The notes under the pieces are model-generated. The model was not told the DNA's origin. It saw only the letters and a list, made by a program, of their open reading frames with translations, and searched no databases. A program made the position numbers and the translations under genes. Of a stretch of 32,000 nucleotides of DNA, positions 9,462 to 19,371 are shown in pieces. Source of the DNA: Halomicronema hongdechloris C2206 (lineage in GTDB: Bacteria > Cyanobacteriota > Cyanobacteriia > Phormidesmidales > Phormidesmidaceae); NCBI RefSeq assembly GCF_002075285.3, contig NZ_CP021983.2:3690001-3722000 (forward strand). The letters run 5' to 3'. Position 1 is the stretch's first letter; each line of letters starts with the position of its first letter.

Positions 9462-10108
9462 AGTACCCCTTTGGAACTGGGAATTTGATCGGCGCGGCGG
9501 GGATCGACTTCAGCGGCCATGCGCAGGGAGCGGGCGAAGGCCTTGAAGGTGGCCTCAATGATGTGGTGAGAATTGAGGCCATCCAGTTGGCGAATGTGCA
9601 GGGTCATCTGGCTGTGGTTAACCACGGCCACGAAAAACTCTCGCACCAGCTGCGTATCGTAGCTGCCGACTCGCTGGGTGGGAATGTCCAGACCATAGCT
9701 GAGATGAGGCCGGCCAGAGAAATCCAGCGCCACCTGAATCAGGGCTTCGTCCAGGGGGGCGAGAAAGTGGCCGAAGCGGACAATGCCCTTGCGATCGCCT
9801 AGGGCCTGTTTAAAAGCCATGCCCAGGGTAATGCCGACATCTTCATTGGTGTGGTGATCGTCAATGTCTAAATCGCCGCTGGCCCGTACTTCCAGGTCGA
9901 ATAGGCCGTGGGAGGCCAGCTGATGCAGCATGTGGTCTAGAAAGGGGATGCCGGTGGCGGCCACACACTGGCCGCTGCCATCGATGGTAAGGCTGATGGT
10001 CACGTCGGTTTCACCGGTTTGGCGGTGGACCGTAGCCCTGCGGGTTAGCGGCTGGGAGGAGGGGGGCGTGGGGACTGCTACGTCGTTGCGGCGATCGAAT
10101 GTCTGCAT
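9458..10108 (-). CDS. hisB: Imidazoleglycerol-phosphate dehydratase
   Basis: ATG at 10108. [42 protein letters not shown] and [18 protein letters not shown] are classic HisB motifs. Confidence 0.93.
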   Translation of the reverse strand: MQTFDRRNDVAVPTPPSSQPLTRRATVHRQTGETDVTISLTIDGSGQCVAATGIPFLDHMLHQLASHGLFDLEVRASGDLDIDDHHTNEDVGITLGMAFKQALGDRKGIVRFGHFLAPLDEALIQVALDFSGRPHLSYGLDIPTQRVGSYDTQLVREFFVAVVNHSQMTLHIRQLDGLNSHHIIEATFKAFARSLRMAAEVDPRRADQIPSSKGVL

Positions 10109-10145
10109 AGGACCAGAAACAGAGCCAAAGTCCTATCCTAGCGTC

Positions 10146-11258
10146 TTAAGCCGCCATGGCCGCGAGCACCGATCGAATCAACGGCTCACTGACAGCGTCG
10201 GTGGTGTCTGCCTGGCCGATGCCCTTAGGCAACACGAAGCGAACCCGGCCGTCCTGGACCTTTTTGTCGGTACTCAACAGGGCCACGATGTCATCGCTGG
10301 CTAACCCGGCGGGAATTTGGGTGGGCAAGGCCGCCTTCACTAGTAACTGGTGTTGTCGGTCAGCCTCAGCCTGATCCCACCAGCCCAGCTGAGTTGCGAT
10401 CGCAGCGGCGGCCACCATACCGATGGCCACTGCCTCACCATGGTTGATGCCCCGGTACTGCATCAAGCTTTCGATGGCATGACCAATGGTGTGACCGTAG
10501 TTGAGGATGGCCCGCAGTCCCGCTTCCTTCTCATCTTGGGCTACTACATCGGCCTTGGCCTGACAGGAACGCTGCAAGATCAGCTGCAGTAACTCTGGTG
10601 GCAGGTAGCGCACCTGATCCAGGCGCTGGGCCGCTTCTAAGCCCTCAAATAACTCACCGTCCCAAATCACCCCATATTTGATTATCTCGGCCATGGCTGC
10701 CCGGAATTCCCGAGCCGGCAAGGTCTTCAGCACCTCAGGATCGATCACCACCAACCGGGGTTGGTGAAAGGCGCCGATCAGATTTTTGCCTTGCGGATGG
10801 TTGACGCCGGTCTTACCGCCGATGGCGGCATCGACCATAGCCAGCAGAGACGTCGGCACCTGCACCACGGCGATGCCTCGCAGCCAAGTGGCCGCGGCAA
10901 AGCCGGTCATATCGCCGATGACACCACCCCCTAGGGCCACCATGGCCGATCCCCGTTCTAGCCGGTGAGCCAGGGCAGCATCGTAGATCTTTTGAACCGA
11001 CCGCAGCGTCTTGTAGCGTTCGCCAGCGGGCAGGACACAATGGCTGACCCGATAGCCGGCCTGCTGCAGAGAGTCCAGCACCCGCTGGCCATAGTGGCGG
11101 AATACCGTTGGATTAGAGACCACCAGGACTTTCTGCCCTGATTTCAGCAGGGGAGGCTCTGCCGCTGCTAGCCAGGCCCCCAGATGATCGAGTCCTGCGG
11201 GCGCTACCACAATATCGTAGGCTGCCTGGGGCAGCGGCACAGAAATGATAGCCTTCAT
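10146..11258 (-). CDS. aroB: 3-dehydroquinate synthase
   Basis: The track start (11273) is a GTG. The ATG at 11258 (MKAIISVPL...) has AAGGA about 10 nt upstream. Motifs [33 protein letters not shown] and [11 protein letters not shown] are present. Confidence 0.92.
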   Translation of the reverse strand: MKAIISVPLPQAAYDIVVAPAGLDHLGAWLAAAEPPLLKSGQKVLVVSNPTVFRHYGQRVLDSLQQAGYRVSHCVLPAGERYKTLRSVQKIYDAALAHRLERGSAMVALGGGVIGDMTGFAAATWLRGIAVVQVPTSLLAMVDAAIGGKTGVNHPQGKNLIGAFHQPRLVVIDPEVLKTLPAREFRAAMAEIIKYGVIWDGELFEGLEAAQRLDQVRYLPPELLQLILQRSCQAKADVVAQDEKEAGLRAILNYGHTIGHAIESLMQYRGINHGEAVAIGMVAAAAIATQLGWWDQAEADRQHQLLVKAALPTQIPAGLASDDIVALLSTDKKVQDGRVRFVLPKGIGQADTTDAVSEPLIRSVLAAMAA

Positions 11259-11371
11259 CGCCGAATCCTTCACTCGCCATCTTTCAGCCTACACTGCAGA
11301 TCAACAGGGATTTGGCGGCGGTGACATGATTCAATAGAAACGAATATACCGATGTACTCTAAGGAGCATCT

Positions 11372-11464
11372 ATGGCAGCGGTTAGCTTTGTGATTCTCTT
11401 GGCAGCAGCAACAGGACTGGCCTTGGGCCTCTACTTTGGTCTCAAAGCAGTTAAGTTAATTTAG
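11372..11464 (+). CDS. petL: Cytochrome b6f complex subunit PetL (30 aa)
   Basis: Not in the ORF track (under 60 aa). ATG at 11372 preceded by AAGGAG at 11361-11366. Translation MAAVSFVILLAAATGLALGLYFGLKAVKLI is a single TM helix ending in the K-x-x-KLI tail seen in PetL proteins. Stop TAG at 11462-11464. Confidence 0.8.
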   Translation: MAAVSFVILLAAATGLALGLYFGLKAVKLI

Positions 11465-12794
11465 ATAAGTTAGAGGACAGGAGGTGGCCTAGCCTTGGTA
11501 TTGCATAGAGCACTGCTAGGCTCACCCAACCCAGAGCATTAATCCGGGGGTCAAATAGCGTGACGTCTGCTCCCGAGAATAGGGTAGTGCCCAGAAACGC
11601 TAGACCATAGCCAGTAATCAGTGCCCGATGCTGGGCAGGGTATGCCTGATTGATCCAGCTGGCAAGACTGCCATAGCACATGCGACCCACGATACCCGTG
11701 AACAGCACCGTGGCCGGGATCCCCACTTCAGCCGCCAGCATCAGCCAGAGGTTATGGGGATGGCCAAAGGAGCTGTAGCCGGCAATGCTACCCGGCACAT
11801 ACAGCAACTTATAGTTGCCTAACCCCACGCCCCAGAGAGGAGCCTGGGTAATCATCTCTAGGGCTAGGCGCCATAGATCCAGGCGAATGGGATCCACTAG
11901 GAGCTCCCAGCTGAGTTGACGCCCGCCGATGCCGAACAGGACAGCACTGGATGCGATCGCAACTAGCCCTAATCCTCCCATCAACAGTAGCCAGCGTTGG
12001 CGGCGGGCGGCTATGACGACCAACAACAGCTGCACCATGGCCACCCAATAACTATTGCGGGAGCCGGCATACACCAGAGCCGCCAGAATCAACATCAGGC
12101 TAGTCAGAACCAGTGGCAAGCGGTAGGCAGGTTGAGGCAGTCTGCGATGGCAATGATCCAGCGTTTGCCAGAGCATGCCCAGGGTGATGCCCAAGGCGAT
12201 TACCAGATAATTGGCCAAGATATTGGGGTTATCGAACACGGCATAGATGCGATGACCACTGATCTCACCGATGTATAGCCAATCCAGCAGGGGATAGGCC
12301 GAGAGATCTCTGAACGAGGTGTAGCGCTTGACCAGAAACTCCCCCAGGGCAATGGTGGTCACGGGGATGCTGCCCCAAGTCATGGCTAAGGCCCAGCGCT
12401 CTAGCCACAACCAAGGTCGCGGAGTCATGGTGATCACCTGCACGATTACCCCCCAGAGGACGAAAAACGGTAAGAAATGGACCAGCTGTAGCCAGGCTTC
12501 TTGGCGATGCACGGCCAGAGCCGAACTGAGCAGCAGCAAGCCCCCCAGCCCCAGCCAGCCCTGACGGTACAGCGCCGCCACCACGGCCTGCCACTGCCAG
12601 GCGACTCCCACCAATAACACCATCAAGAGCCCCGCCAAACCGGGGAATACTGCCCAGGGCAGGATTCCCAGAGTGACCCCGACCACCATCGCCAACAACC
12701 GTTTAGACACGCTATCAATGAAATCCTCTCGTTGAGAGAGACACGATAAGGGCAGGAGGCGTCGTGTCTCTATTGGGACGGGGAGATGACCCAT
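11451..12794 (-). CDS. O-antigen ligase / Wzy_C-like polytopic membrane protein
   Basis: Multi-TM protein with a GHPHNLWLMLAAEVGIP-type motif. The track start at 12845 is a GTG that would overlap the upstream gene by 76 nt. In-frame ATGs at 12794 and 12689 are more likely; the exact start is unresolved. Confidence 0.7.
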   Translation of the reverse strand: MGHLPVPIETRRLLPLSCLSQREDFIDSVSKRLLAMVVGVTLGILPWAVFPGLAGLLMVLLVGVAWQWQAVVAALYRQGWLGLGGLLLLSSALAVHRQEAWLQLVHFLPFFVLWGVIVQVITMTPRPWLWLERWALAMTWGSIPVTTIALGEFLVKRYTSFRDLSAYPLLDWLYIGEISGHRIYAVFDNPNILANYLVIALGITLGMLWQTLDHCHRRLPQPAYRLPLVLTSLMLILAALVYAGSRNSYWVAMVQLLLVVIAARRQRWLLLMGGLGLVAIASSAVLFGIGGRQLSWELLVDPIRLDLWRLALEMITQAPLWGVGLGNYKLLYVPGSIAGYSSFGHPHNLWLMLAAEVGIPATVLFTGIVGRMCYGSLASWINQAYPAQHRALITGYGLAFLGTTLFSGADVTLFDPRINALGWVSLAVLYAIPRLGHLLSSNLSKLT

Positions 12795-14692
12795 GGCTGC
12801 ATGCCCTGCTCCAATTGCAGCAAACAACGCTGACAGGCCTGCCACAGTGCCTGTTCTTGCCCTTCCTTGGCAGCGACCAAGGCCTGGAGTTCCCGCAGTA
12901 CCCCCTGGGCCTGATAATCTGCCATACCATTCTTAACCACCATAATTTTGGGATGGTCTGTGGTGGTCAGGCACTCATGGGGATTGACCAAGGCTTCATG
13001 GAGTTTTTCTCCCGGCCTCAGACCGACAAATTGAATGGGAATATCGACATCGGGGATACAGCCAGCCAGATGAATCATCTGCACGGCTAGGTCTACAATC
13101 TTGACCGGATTTCCCATATCCAGGACCAAAATTTGGCCCGATTCTCCCACCGCCAGACTCTGAACCACCAGGCGAGACGCCTCGGGAATGGTCATGAAGT
13201 AGCGCGTCATCTTGGGATGGGTGACGGTCACCGGTCCGCCCCGAGCGATTTGTTCTTTAAATAGGGGCACTACGCTGCCCCGACTACCCAGTACATTGCC
13301 GAACCGCACCGTCAGAAACCGAGTCGGGCTATGGGTGGCATAGGCCTGCAGCAACAATTCCGCTAGGCGCTTGCTGAGTCCCATGAAGTTGGAGGGAGTC
13401 ACCGCCTTGTCGGTGGAAATCAATACGAAGGTCTTTATCCCGAATTGGCTGGATAATTGGGCTAATCGGGCCGATGCGATCGCATTATTATCGATGGCTT
13501 CGGTGGGGTTGGCCTGCATCAAGGGCACATGCTTGTGAGCTGCGGCATGAAACACTAAATCAGGCCGCCAGGTGTGGAAGACGCTGGCCATGCGGTGGTG
13601 ATGCCGAATATCGGCAATGATCGGGGCCAGGGCCAGCTCAGGGAAATCTGCCCGCAGTTCCCGCTCGATGTGGAAAATGCTGTTTTCCCCTCGCCCCAGC
13701 AATAACAGCAACTTGGGCCGTAGCCGCGCCAACTGACGACACAGCTCTGAGCCGATGGTGCCTCCGGCGCCGGTGACTAGAACAACCTGACCGTGCACCT
13801 GGTCATGGGCTGAGGGAATCGGGGGGCATAGCTGCTCCGAAAAATTGAGATACACCTCAGGGCGCCCCAGAATATCGGTGATTTGGAGATCTCGAGCCTG
13901 GGGAATCAACTGTTTATCCTGGAGGATCTCAGCTGGCCCTGGTAGGGTCTTGAGAGTGAGGCCGCTGCGATTCACTTGATGCACCAATTGCCGCAGTCTG
14001 GCAGCCGGGGCCGAGGGCATCGATAAAATGATTTGCTCTACCTGTAGGCCCCTAGCAATGGAGACCAATCGAGAGGTATCTCCTAAGACCTTAACCCCTT
14101 CTACCTTACGACCCTGTTTGGTGGGATCATCATCGATAAACCCGACCACCTCGATCTGCAGGCTGCGATTCTGGCGAGATTCCAGCACCATCTGAGCCCC
14201 GGCAAACCCGGCCCCCACCAGTAATACCCGTCGGGATGCTCCCGATTCCAGACATTGCCTCGGTCGTCGGCGTCGTAGGGACCAGCGGCGGCAGTAGCGC
14301 AGCGCCCCCATACCCATGAGGCAAAAACACCAATCGATGGTACTCACGCCCAAGGGAATACCCGGCACGGCAATAACGCGGGGCAGCAACAATCGAGTCA
14401 CCACTAAGACCAATAAGGAGTAAAAGGTGATGCCGTTGAAGAGGGTCAGGGCATCCTTGAAGCCAAATAGGCGCCAGATTTGCTGATAGGTGCCAAAGCC
14501 CGCCTGAATCGCCAGACGCCCCGGAATTGCGACTAGGGGTAACACCCAGGCCAGATCGTCGTGGCTGCTGGGGATATCGGCCTCAAACCGGAGCAAAAAT
14601 GCCAGACTACAGGCCAACCAGGCAACCGTACCGTCTAAACATAGCTGTCCCAGTCGATATACGGAGGGAAACTGAAGACGTTTAGTGACCAC
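12770..14692 (-). CDS. Membrane-bound polysaccharide biosynthesis protein, CapD/WbpM/PglF-like NDP-sugar 4,6-dehydratase
   Basis: N-terminal TM helices, two Rossmann motifs (LLVGAGFAG and VLVTGAGGTIGSEL), STDKAV and MGLSKR segments. The start at 14692 is GTG, and there is no in-frame ATG for over 120 codons. Confidence 0.85.
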   Translation of the reverse strand: MVTKRLQFPSVYRLGQLCLDGTVAWLACSLAFLLRFEADIPSSHDDLAWVLPLVAIPGRLAIQAGFGTYQQIWRLFGFKDALTLFNGITFYSLLVLVVTRLLLPRVIAVPGIPLGVSTIDWCFCLMGMGALRYCRRWSLRRRRPRQCLESGASRRVLLVGAGFAGAQMVLESRQNRSLQIEVVGFIDDDPTKQGRKVEGVKVLGDTSRLVSIARGLQVEQIILSMPSAPAARLRQLVHQVNRSGLTLKTLPGPAEILQDKQLIPQARDLQITDILGRPEVYLNFSEQLCPPIPSAHDQVHGQVVLVTGAGGTIGSELCRQLARLRPKLLLLLGRGENSIFHIERELRADFPELALAPIIADIRHHHRMASVFHTWRPDLVFHAAAHKHVPLMQANPTEAIDNNAIASARLAQLSSQFGIKTFVLISTDKAVTPSNFMGLSKRLAELLLQAYATHSPTRFLTVRFGNVLGSRGSVVPLFKEQIARGGPVTVTHPKMTRYFMTIPEASRLVVQSLAVGESGQILVLDMGNPVKIVDLAVQMIHLAGCIPDVDIPIQFVGLRPGEKLHEALVNPHECLTTTDHPKIMVVKNGMADYQAQGVLRELQALVAAKEGQEQALWQACQRCLLQLEQGMQPWVISPSQ

Positions 14693-14781
14693 GACTGCCC
14701 CCGACTCGCTGAAATAGTTTCATGGCTAAGCTTACTCCCCTACCGAGTCCCCTGACTATCTCGGGATAGCTACCATGACGA

Positions 14782-15777
14782 TTACCCCTGTAGGGAGGTG
14801 CGTGGGTCTTGTTGTTGGGATAAATGCCATTCGCCTAGGGCGATAGCGGCGAAGCTTAGGCCTAGGCTCAGTAAGCTGCCCCAGCCTGGCAGGCTGTAAA
14901 TCAATAGTGCGATCGCACCAGTGAGGCCTCCATAGGTTGCGGCAACCTGGCCATGGGACCAGCCTCGCTGCTTCAGGCGCTGATAGAGGTGAAACCGATG
15001 GGCCTGGAAAATATTCTCTCGGCGCCACAGCCGACGACAGAGGGTATAGATGGCATCTGCAGTGATCGGCAGGGTAATGGCCAGGGCCCTCCAGGCTAGG
15101 TCAAGGCTGGGCGCTTGCAACAATGCGATCGCACAGGCTCCCCCCAAGACGGTACTGCCCACATCCCCCATAAATATGGCCGCTGGCGACCAATTCCAGC
15201 GCAGAAAGCCCACCAGGGCTGCCACCAATAGCCACCACACCGGCTGATTCAGATACAGCGCCAGAAAGGCAAACTGGACAGCGCTGACACTGGCGACCAG
15301 ACCATCCAGGCCATCCATGAAATTGGTGAAATTTACCAAGGCCGTCATGCCTAGAATCGTCAATCCGATGGCCAGGGTCTGACCAAGTAAACCCCAGGGC
15401 GTCAACCAGGGCTGAGGAAAGGGACCAAAACTGTAGATGGCCAGGACAGCTGCCAGGAGATGAACGCCATAGCGACTGCGGGCAGATATCGTATACCAGT
15501 CGTCCAGAAACCCAATCAGAGCTAGAGGCAGCAGAACGGCTCCGATTTGCAGAAGCCCTGGGAGAGTAACCGGAAAATCAGATCGGGCCAGGGCCGCCAA
15601 ACTGGTCAGGATAAAGGCGAGCATAAATCCCAAGCCGCCACCGCGGGGAGTGGGGGTTCGATGGGAACTGCGGTCATTGGGAACATCGAGCAGTTGCGCC
15701 CTAAACCAGTGGCGCATCATCGCCACCAGTCGCCAACTCACGGCGAAGCTAATCAGACTCAGAATTAGGATTACCAT
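14782..15777 (-). CDS. Glycosyltransferase family 4 (MraY/WecA/WbpL-like polyprenyl-phosphate sugar-1-phosphate transferase)
   Basis: Polytopic membrane protein with IGFLDDW, NFTNFMDGLDGL and IFMGDVGS motifs. The track start 15786 is TTG; the ATG at 15777 (MVILILSL...) is used here. Confidence 0.85.
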   Translation of the reverse strand: MVILILSLISFAVSWRLVAMMRHWFRAQLLDVPNDRSSHRTPTPRGGGLGFMLAFILTSLAALARSDFPVTLPGLLQIGAVLLPLALIGFLDDWYTISARSRYGVHLLAAVLAIYSFGPFPQPWLTPWGLLGQTLAIGLTILGMTALVNFTNFMDGLDGLVASVSAVQFAFLALYLNQPVWWLLVAALVGFLRWNWSPAAIFMGDVGSTVLGGACAIALLQAPSLDLAWRALAITLPITADAIYTLCRRLWRRENIFQAHRFHLYQRLKQRGWSHGQVAATYGGLTGAIALLIYSLPGWGSLLSLGLSFAAIALGEWHLSQQQDPRTSLQG

Positions 15778-15888
15778 GGAAACCAAGAGTCACCGGTAGA
15801 CAGCTCAGCTAGGGTCATCATGCCGGGAATTGTTACCCAGGGGAAGTCGTTGCGGAGAAGAAGCCGTTACGGAGAATAGGACACCATC

Positions 15889-16686
15889 ATGGAGCTACAA
15901 GATTTTCCCTTACCGCCCCACGAAACACTCCCCACCATGTATGATCTCCCCAGCGAATTACCGGGAGAGCCGGGATTGCCGGATGAGTTCCACCGCCTCC
16001 AGGCAGATCTGCTGAGCCAGACCTGTCGTCCGGCCAACTGGCCCCTAGACCAGGTATTTACCGCCTGTGACTTAAATCTCTACTACGATCCTCACCATCC
16101 TCGCTGGTACAAGCGTCCCGACTGGTTTGTCACCCTCGGTGTTTCCCGCGCGGCTCGCCAAGAGATCCTGCGGTGGAGCTATGTGATTTGGCAGGAAGGC
16201 CGCAGTCCTAGCATTGTCATGGAACTGCTCTCCCCAGGGACCGAAGCCGAAGATCTGGGTCAAACCCTACGAGAGATCAATCAACCGCCCACCAAATGGG
16301 AAGTCTATGAGCAATTTTTGCGAATTCCCTACTACGTGGTCTACGACCGTTACCACAATCAGCTGCGGGTATTTAGACTCGAGGGATTTCGCTATCGAGA
16401 GCTAGAGCTACCCCAGCCACGCCACTGGCTGGAGGACATGGGGCTAGGGTTGGGACTCTGGCAGGGACGCTTCCAAGGGACAGAAGGATTGTGGTTACGT
16501 TGGTACGACCAGGACAACCATTGGTTACCAACAGACGCAGAACAGACTGAACAAGAACGCCAACGGGCCGAACAAGAACACCAACGGGCCGAACAAGAAC
16601 ACCAACGGGCCGAACAAGAACGCCAACGGGCTGAGCGCCTGGCTGAGCAACTACGGCAACTGGGAGGTGATCCCGATCGCCTCTAA
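15889..16686 (+). CDS. Uma2 (DUF820) family putative endonuclease with a C-terminal charged heptapeptide-repeat tail
   Basis: ATG at 15889. TMYDLPSE...PGLPDEFH start, PDWFV and SPSIVMELLSPGT segments are typical of Uma2 proteins. The tail is EQERQRA/EQEHQRA x4. Confidence 0.8.
   Translation: MELQDFPLPPHETLPTMYDLPSELPGEPGLPDEFHRLQADLLSQTCRPANWPLDQVFTACDLNLYYDPHHPRWYKRPDWFVTLGVSRAARQEILRWSYVIWQEGRSPSIVMELLSPGTEAEDLGQTLREINQPPTKWEVYEQFLRIPYYVVYDRYHNQLRVFRLEGFRYRELELPQPRHWLEDMGLGLGLWQGRFQGTEGLWLRWYDQDNHWLPTDAEQTEQERQRAEQEHQRAEQEHQRAEQERQRAERLAEQLRQLGGDPDRL
16549..16632 (+). repeat. Four tandem copies of a 21-nt unit GAACAAGAACRCCAACGGGCC inside the Uma2 gene
   Basis: Units at 16549-16569, 16570-16590, 16591-16611 and 16612-16632. 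They differ only at the R position (G,A,A,G) and at the last base of copy 4. Confidence 0.95.
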
Positions 16687-16745
16687 ATCGCCTCTAAACA
16701 GTTATCTATAGCATTCGTCTATCTGTAGAATTCGTTGGTCCGAGC

Positions 16746-16952
16746 TTAATAGCTCTCGTCAGTCTCAACCTTACAGAGGGCGAGTAAGTGGTCAGCCTGG
16801 TAGAGCCGATCGACGATGGCCTCTTTGATCGCCGGATTCACTCTGGGATCGGCTAAGACCCTGTAGGCCTGTTCCCGGTAGCGGGCACTGGTGATCAGAT
16901 CTCCTCTGTCGAGGTGCCTGAGGTTGGACAGAATATGGCGTGGCGTGATCAT
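16746..16952 (-). CDS. Hypothetical small protein (68 aa from the ATG; 89 aa if the upstream TTG at 17015 is used)
   Basis: Open frame directly downstream of uvrC on the same strand. I recognise no family. Coding status rests only on ORF length and position. Confidence 0.35.
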   Translation of the reverse strand: MITPRHILSNLRHLDRGDLITSARYREQAYRVLADPRVNPAIKEAIVDRLYQADHLLALCKVETDESY

Positions 16953-17047
16953 GATGCGACTTGTCGTGCTGCCCCTATGATGACTGCGAAAATGTTCATA
17001 GTGAACATTTGGCAATAGAGTGTCATGCTCCGTGCCGCCATGATGTG

Positions 17048-18931
17048 TTAAGTCGTCGGGTGAAAGTAGTCGTAAATTTGCTGGGCCAGTTGGGGACCAA
17101 TGCCGGGCACGGTGGCGAGTTGGGCTGGACTGGCTTCACGAATATAGTCAATGGAGCGGAAGGTAGCCAAGAGTTCCTTTTGGCGATGGCGGCCTAAGCC
17201 AGGAATGTCTGAGAGGCGAGATCGCCGCATGCGATCGCTTCTCTGTTGGCGGTGAAAACTGACAGCAAAGCGGTGAGCTTCGTCTCGCAGCCGACGCAGC
17301 AGCTGTACTCCCGGCTGATTGGGATCCGTGTCTAGGGGAGTAGAAACCCCAGGGGTAAAGATCTCCTCCCGCTTCTTGGCCAGACTGACAACCCGCAGAT
17401 CAGACAGTAGATTCATTTGCCGTAGCACCTCCACCACCGCAGACAATTGCCCTTTGCCGCCGTCGATCATCACCAGATCGGGCCAGTCAGGATTACCAAG
17501 ACGAGGTTTCTGGGGGTCAGCGGCATAGCGACGAAAGCGACGGCCCATGACTTCGGCTAGACTGGCGAAGTCATCGGAATGGCCAGCCCTGACTTCGGGA
17601 TTTTTGATCTTGTAGTGACGGTAATGTTGCTTAGCCGCCATGCCATCGGTGAACACCACTTGGGAGGCCACGGCATCAGCCCCCTGCACATGGGAAATGT
17701 CATAGCCTTCGATGCGACGGGGCAGATCGGGTAAGTCCAGCATCTCGGCTAAATCCAGCAGGGCCTGAGCATTGCGATCGGCAAATCGCTGGGTACGGGC
17801 TAGTTCGTACTGGGCATTGCGCTCTACCATCTCCACCAGGCTGGCCTTACTCTGGCGTTGGGGCACCTCTAGGGTGACCTTACGGCCCCGGCGTTGGCTG
17901 AGATAATTGCCCAAAATCTCGCCATCGGGGAGGTCATGCTGGCACAGAATCACTGCCGGAATTTCCACGGCATCGACACTCTGATAGTGACTTTCCAGCA
18001 CCCGTTGCAAGATATCACCGGGGCCACCTGAGTGGATATCGGCCACAAAGCCTAACCGTCCCACTAGGCGGCCAGCCCGCACCTGGAAGATTTGGACACA
18101 GGCATGGTGAGCATCGGCGGCCAATGCGATCGCATCTCGAGACACCGTGTCGTCGGGCAGGGCCACCTTTTGGTCGGCACAGAGGCGCTCTAACCCCCGA
18201 ATTTGGTCTCGCAACCGGGCTGCCTGCTCAAACTTAAGCTCCGCCGCGGCGCTCTCCATCTGCTGGGTCAACATAGAGACCAGCTCTTGGGTCCGCCCCT
18301 GAAATACCATGGCTACCCGCTGTACGGTGCGATGGTACTCCTGCGAGGTAATCAGTTGCTGGCAGACACCGGGGCAGCGGCCAATGTCGTAGTTGAGACA
18401 GGGACGGTCCTTAAACAACGGCTGAGGCCGCTGTCGCAAGGGAAAGATGCGCTTCACCAGGGCTAGGGTTCTGCGCAAGAGCCCCACATCCACGTAGGGA
18501 CCATAGTAGCGATCTTGACCCTTGCCCCGGCGACGCTTCCGGGTAATGAACAGACGCGGATAGGCTTCCGACCAGGTGATACAGAGGTAGGGATATTTCT
18601 TGTCATCCTTCAGCAGCACATTGAAGTGAGGCTGATGCTGCTTGACCAGATTGGCTTCCAGGGCCAGGGCCTCGGCTTCGGTATCGGTGACGATGAACTC
18701 GATGTCGACTACTTGCATCACCATCATCGCCGTGCGGGGCAGATGATGGCTCAGATCGCGGAAATAGGAGCGCACCCGCGATCGCAAACTCTTTGACTTG
18801 CCGATATAGAGAACCTGATCCTGGGCATCCTGCATGAAGTAGACCCCTGGCTCCTGAGGAATCTCCTGAAGACGGGCTTCCAGGCGTTCGGGATCGTGAA
18901 TGAGCGCAGATAACTGGGCAGTAGAGGTCAC
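17048..18931 (-). CDS. uvrC: Excinuclease ABC subunit C
   Basis: GIY-YIG N-terminus ([29 protein letters not shown]), UvrBC-interaction region, RNase H-like endonuclease domain, C-terminal (HhH)2 ([13 protein letters not shown]...[16 protein letters not shown]). The start at 18931 is GTG; the first internal ATG is too far in. Confidence 0.95.
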   Translation of the reverse strand: MTSTAQLSALIHDPERLEARLQEIPQEPGVYFMQDAQDQVLYIGKSKSLRSRVRSYFRDLSHHLPRTAMMVMQVVDIEFIVTDTEAEALALEANLVKQHQPHFNVLLKDDKKYPYLCITWSEAYPRLFITRKRRRGKGQDRYYGPYVDVGLLRRTLALVKRIFPLRQRPQPLFKDRPCLNYDIGRCPGVCQQLITSQEYHRTVQRVAMVFQGRTQELVSMLTQQMESAAAELKFEQAARLRDQIRGLERLCADQKVALPDDTVSRDAIALAADAHHACVQIFQVRAGRLVGRLGFVADIHSGGPGDILQRVLESHYQSVDAVEIPAVILCQHDLPDGEILGNYLSQRRGRKVTLEVPQRQSKASLVEMVERNAQYELARTQRFADRNAQALLDLAEMLDLPDLPRRIEGYDISHVQGADAVASQVVFTDGMAAKQHYRHYKIKNPEVRAGHSDDFASLAEVMGRRFRRYAADPQKPRLGNPDWPDLVMIDGGKGQLSAVVEVLRQMNLLSDLRVVSLAKKREEIFTPGVSTPLDTDPNQPGVQLLRRLRDEAHRFAVSFHRQQRSDRMRRSRLSDIPGLGRHRQKELLATFRSIDYIREASPAQLATVPGIGPQLAQQIYDYFHPTT

Positions 18932-19170
18932 AGCTACACGAAACCATGGGTAAATTCAGGATAACGGGAAATCAGACGGGATGACAGTCACGCCTTCTAA
19001 GTGTAAACACGTAGGATACACCTTTTTATGGAAAGTTTTCATGCCCGATTTTATCCCGTAAAGTATCCCTCAGGGTCGGTGCAGTACCGTTGTCATTTGT
19101 TTAGCCCTATTCCCATGCTGGAGACAGCTTGTGTTTTATCTAACCGCCCTTTGCTAGGAGCCATTCACAG

Positions 19171-19362
19171 ATGACAACCATTGATCAATTTGAAGCTCGC
19201 TACCGTGAGCAGGTGCGAGAAATTTTAGACCGCCTACAGCAGGCCGGTCTGGTATCGTCTCAGCTGGAAGCGACGATGGCTAATATTGGCCAGTCTGTTC
19301 AGCAACTCAGCCAAGAGGTCGAGCAGTTCTTGGCTGAGCAGCGCGGCCAATCCGATGCTTGA
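19171..19362 (+). CDS. Hypothetical 63-aa helical protein
   Basis: ATG at 19171 with AGGAG at 19156-19160. The sequence is Q/E/L-rich and looks helical. A strong hairpin follows. Confidence 0.5.
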   Translation: MTTIDQFEARYREQVREILDRLQQAGLVSSQLEATMANIGQSVQQLSQEVEQFLAEQRGQSDA

Positions 19363-19371
19363 GGGGTATAA

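Noticed and set aside
12770-12845. Apparent 76-nt same-strand overlap between the dehydratase and the ligase-like gene
   Set aside because: This is an artefact of taking the longest ORF from a GTG codon. Downstream ATGs remove or shrink the overlap.
19083-19096. LexA-box-like AGTACCGTTGTCAT in the uvrC / small-ORF divergent region
   Set aside because: The left half-site (AGTAC) fits, but the right half reads GTCA instead of GTWC (two mismatches). This is not enough to call uvrC LexA-regulated, though it is worth including in a PWM scan.
19028-19174. 48-codon ORF ending in an ATGA overlap with the 63-aa gene start
   Set aside because: It has no Shine-Dalgarno, its composition is odd (MESFHARFYPVKYPSGSVQYRCHLF...), and it lies in the uvrC promoter region. 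Most likely non-coding.
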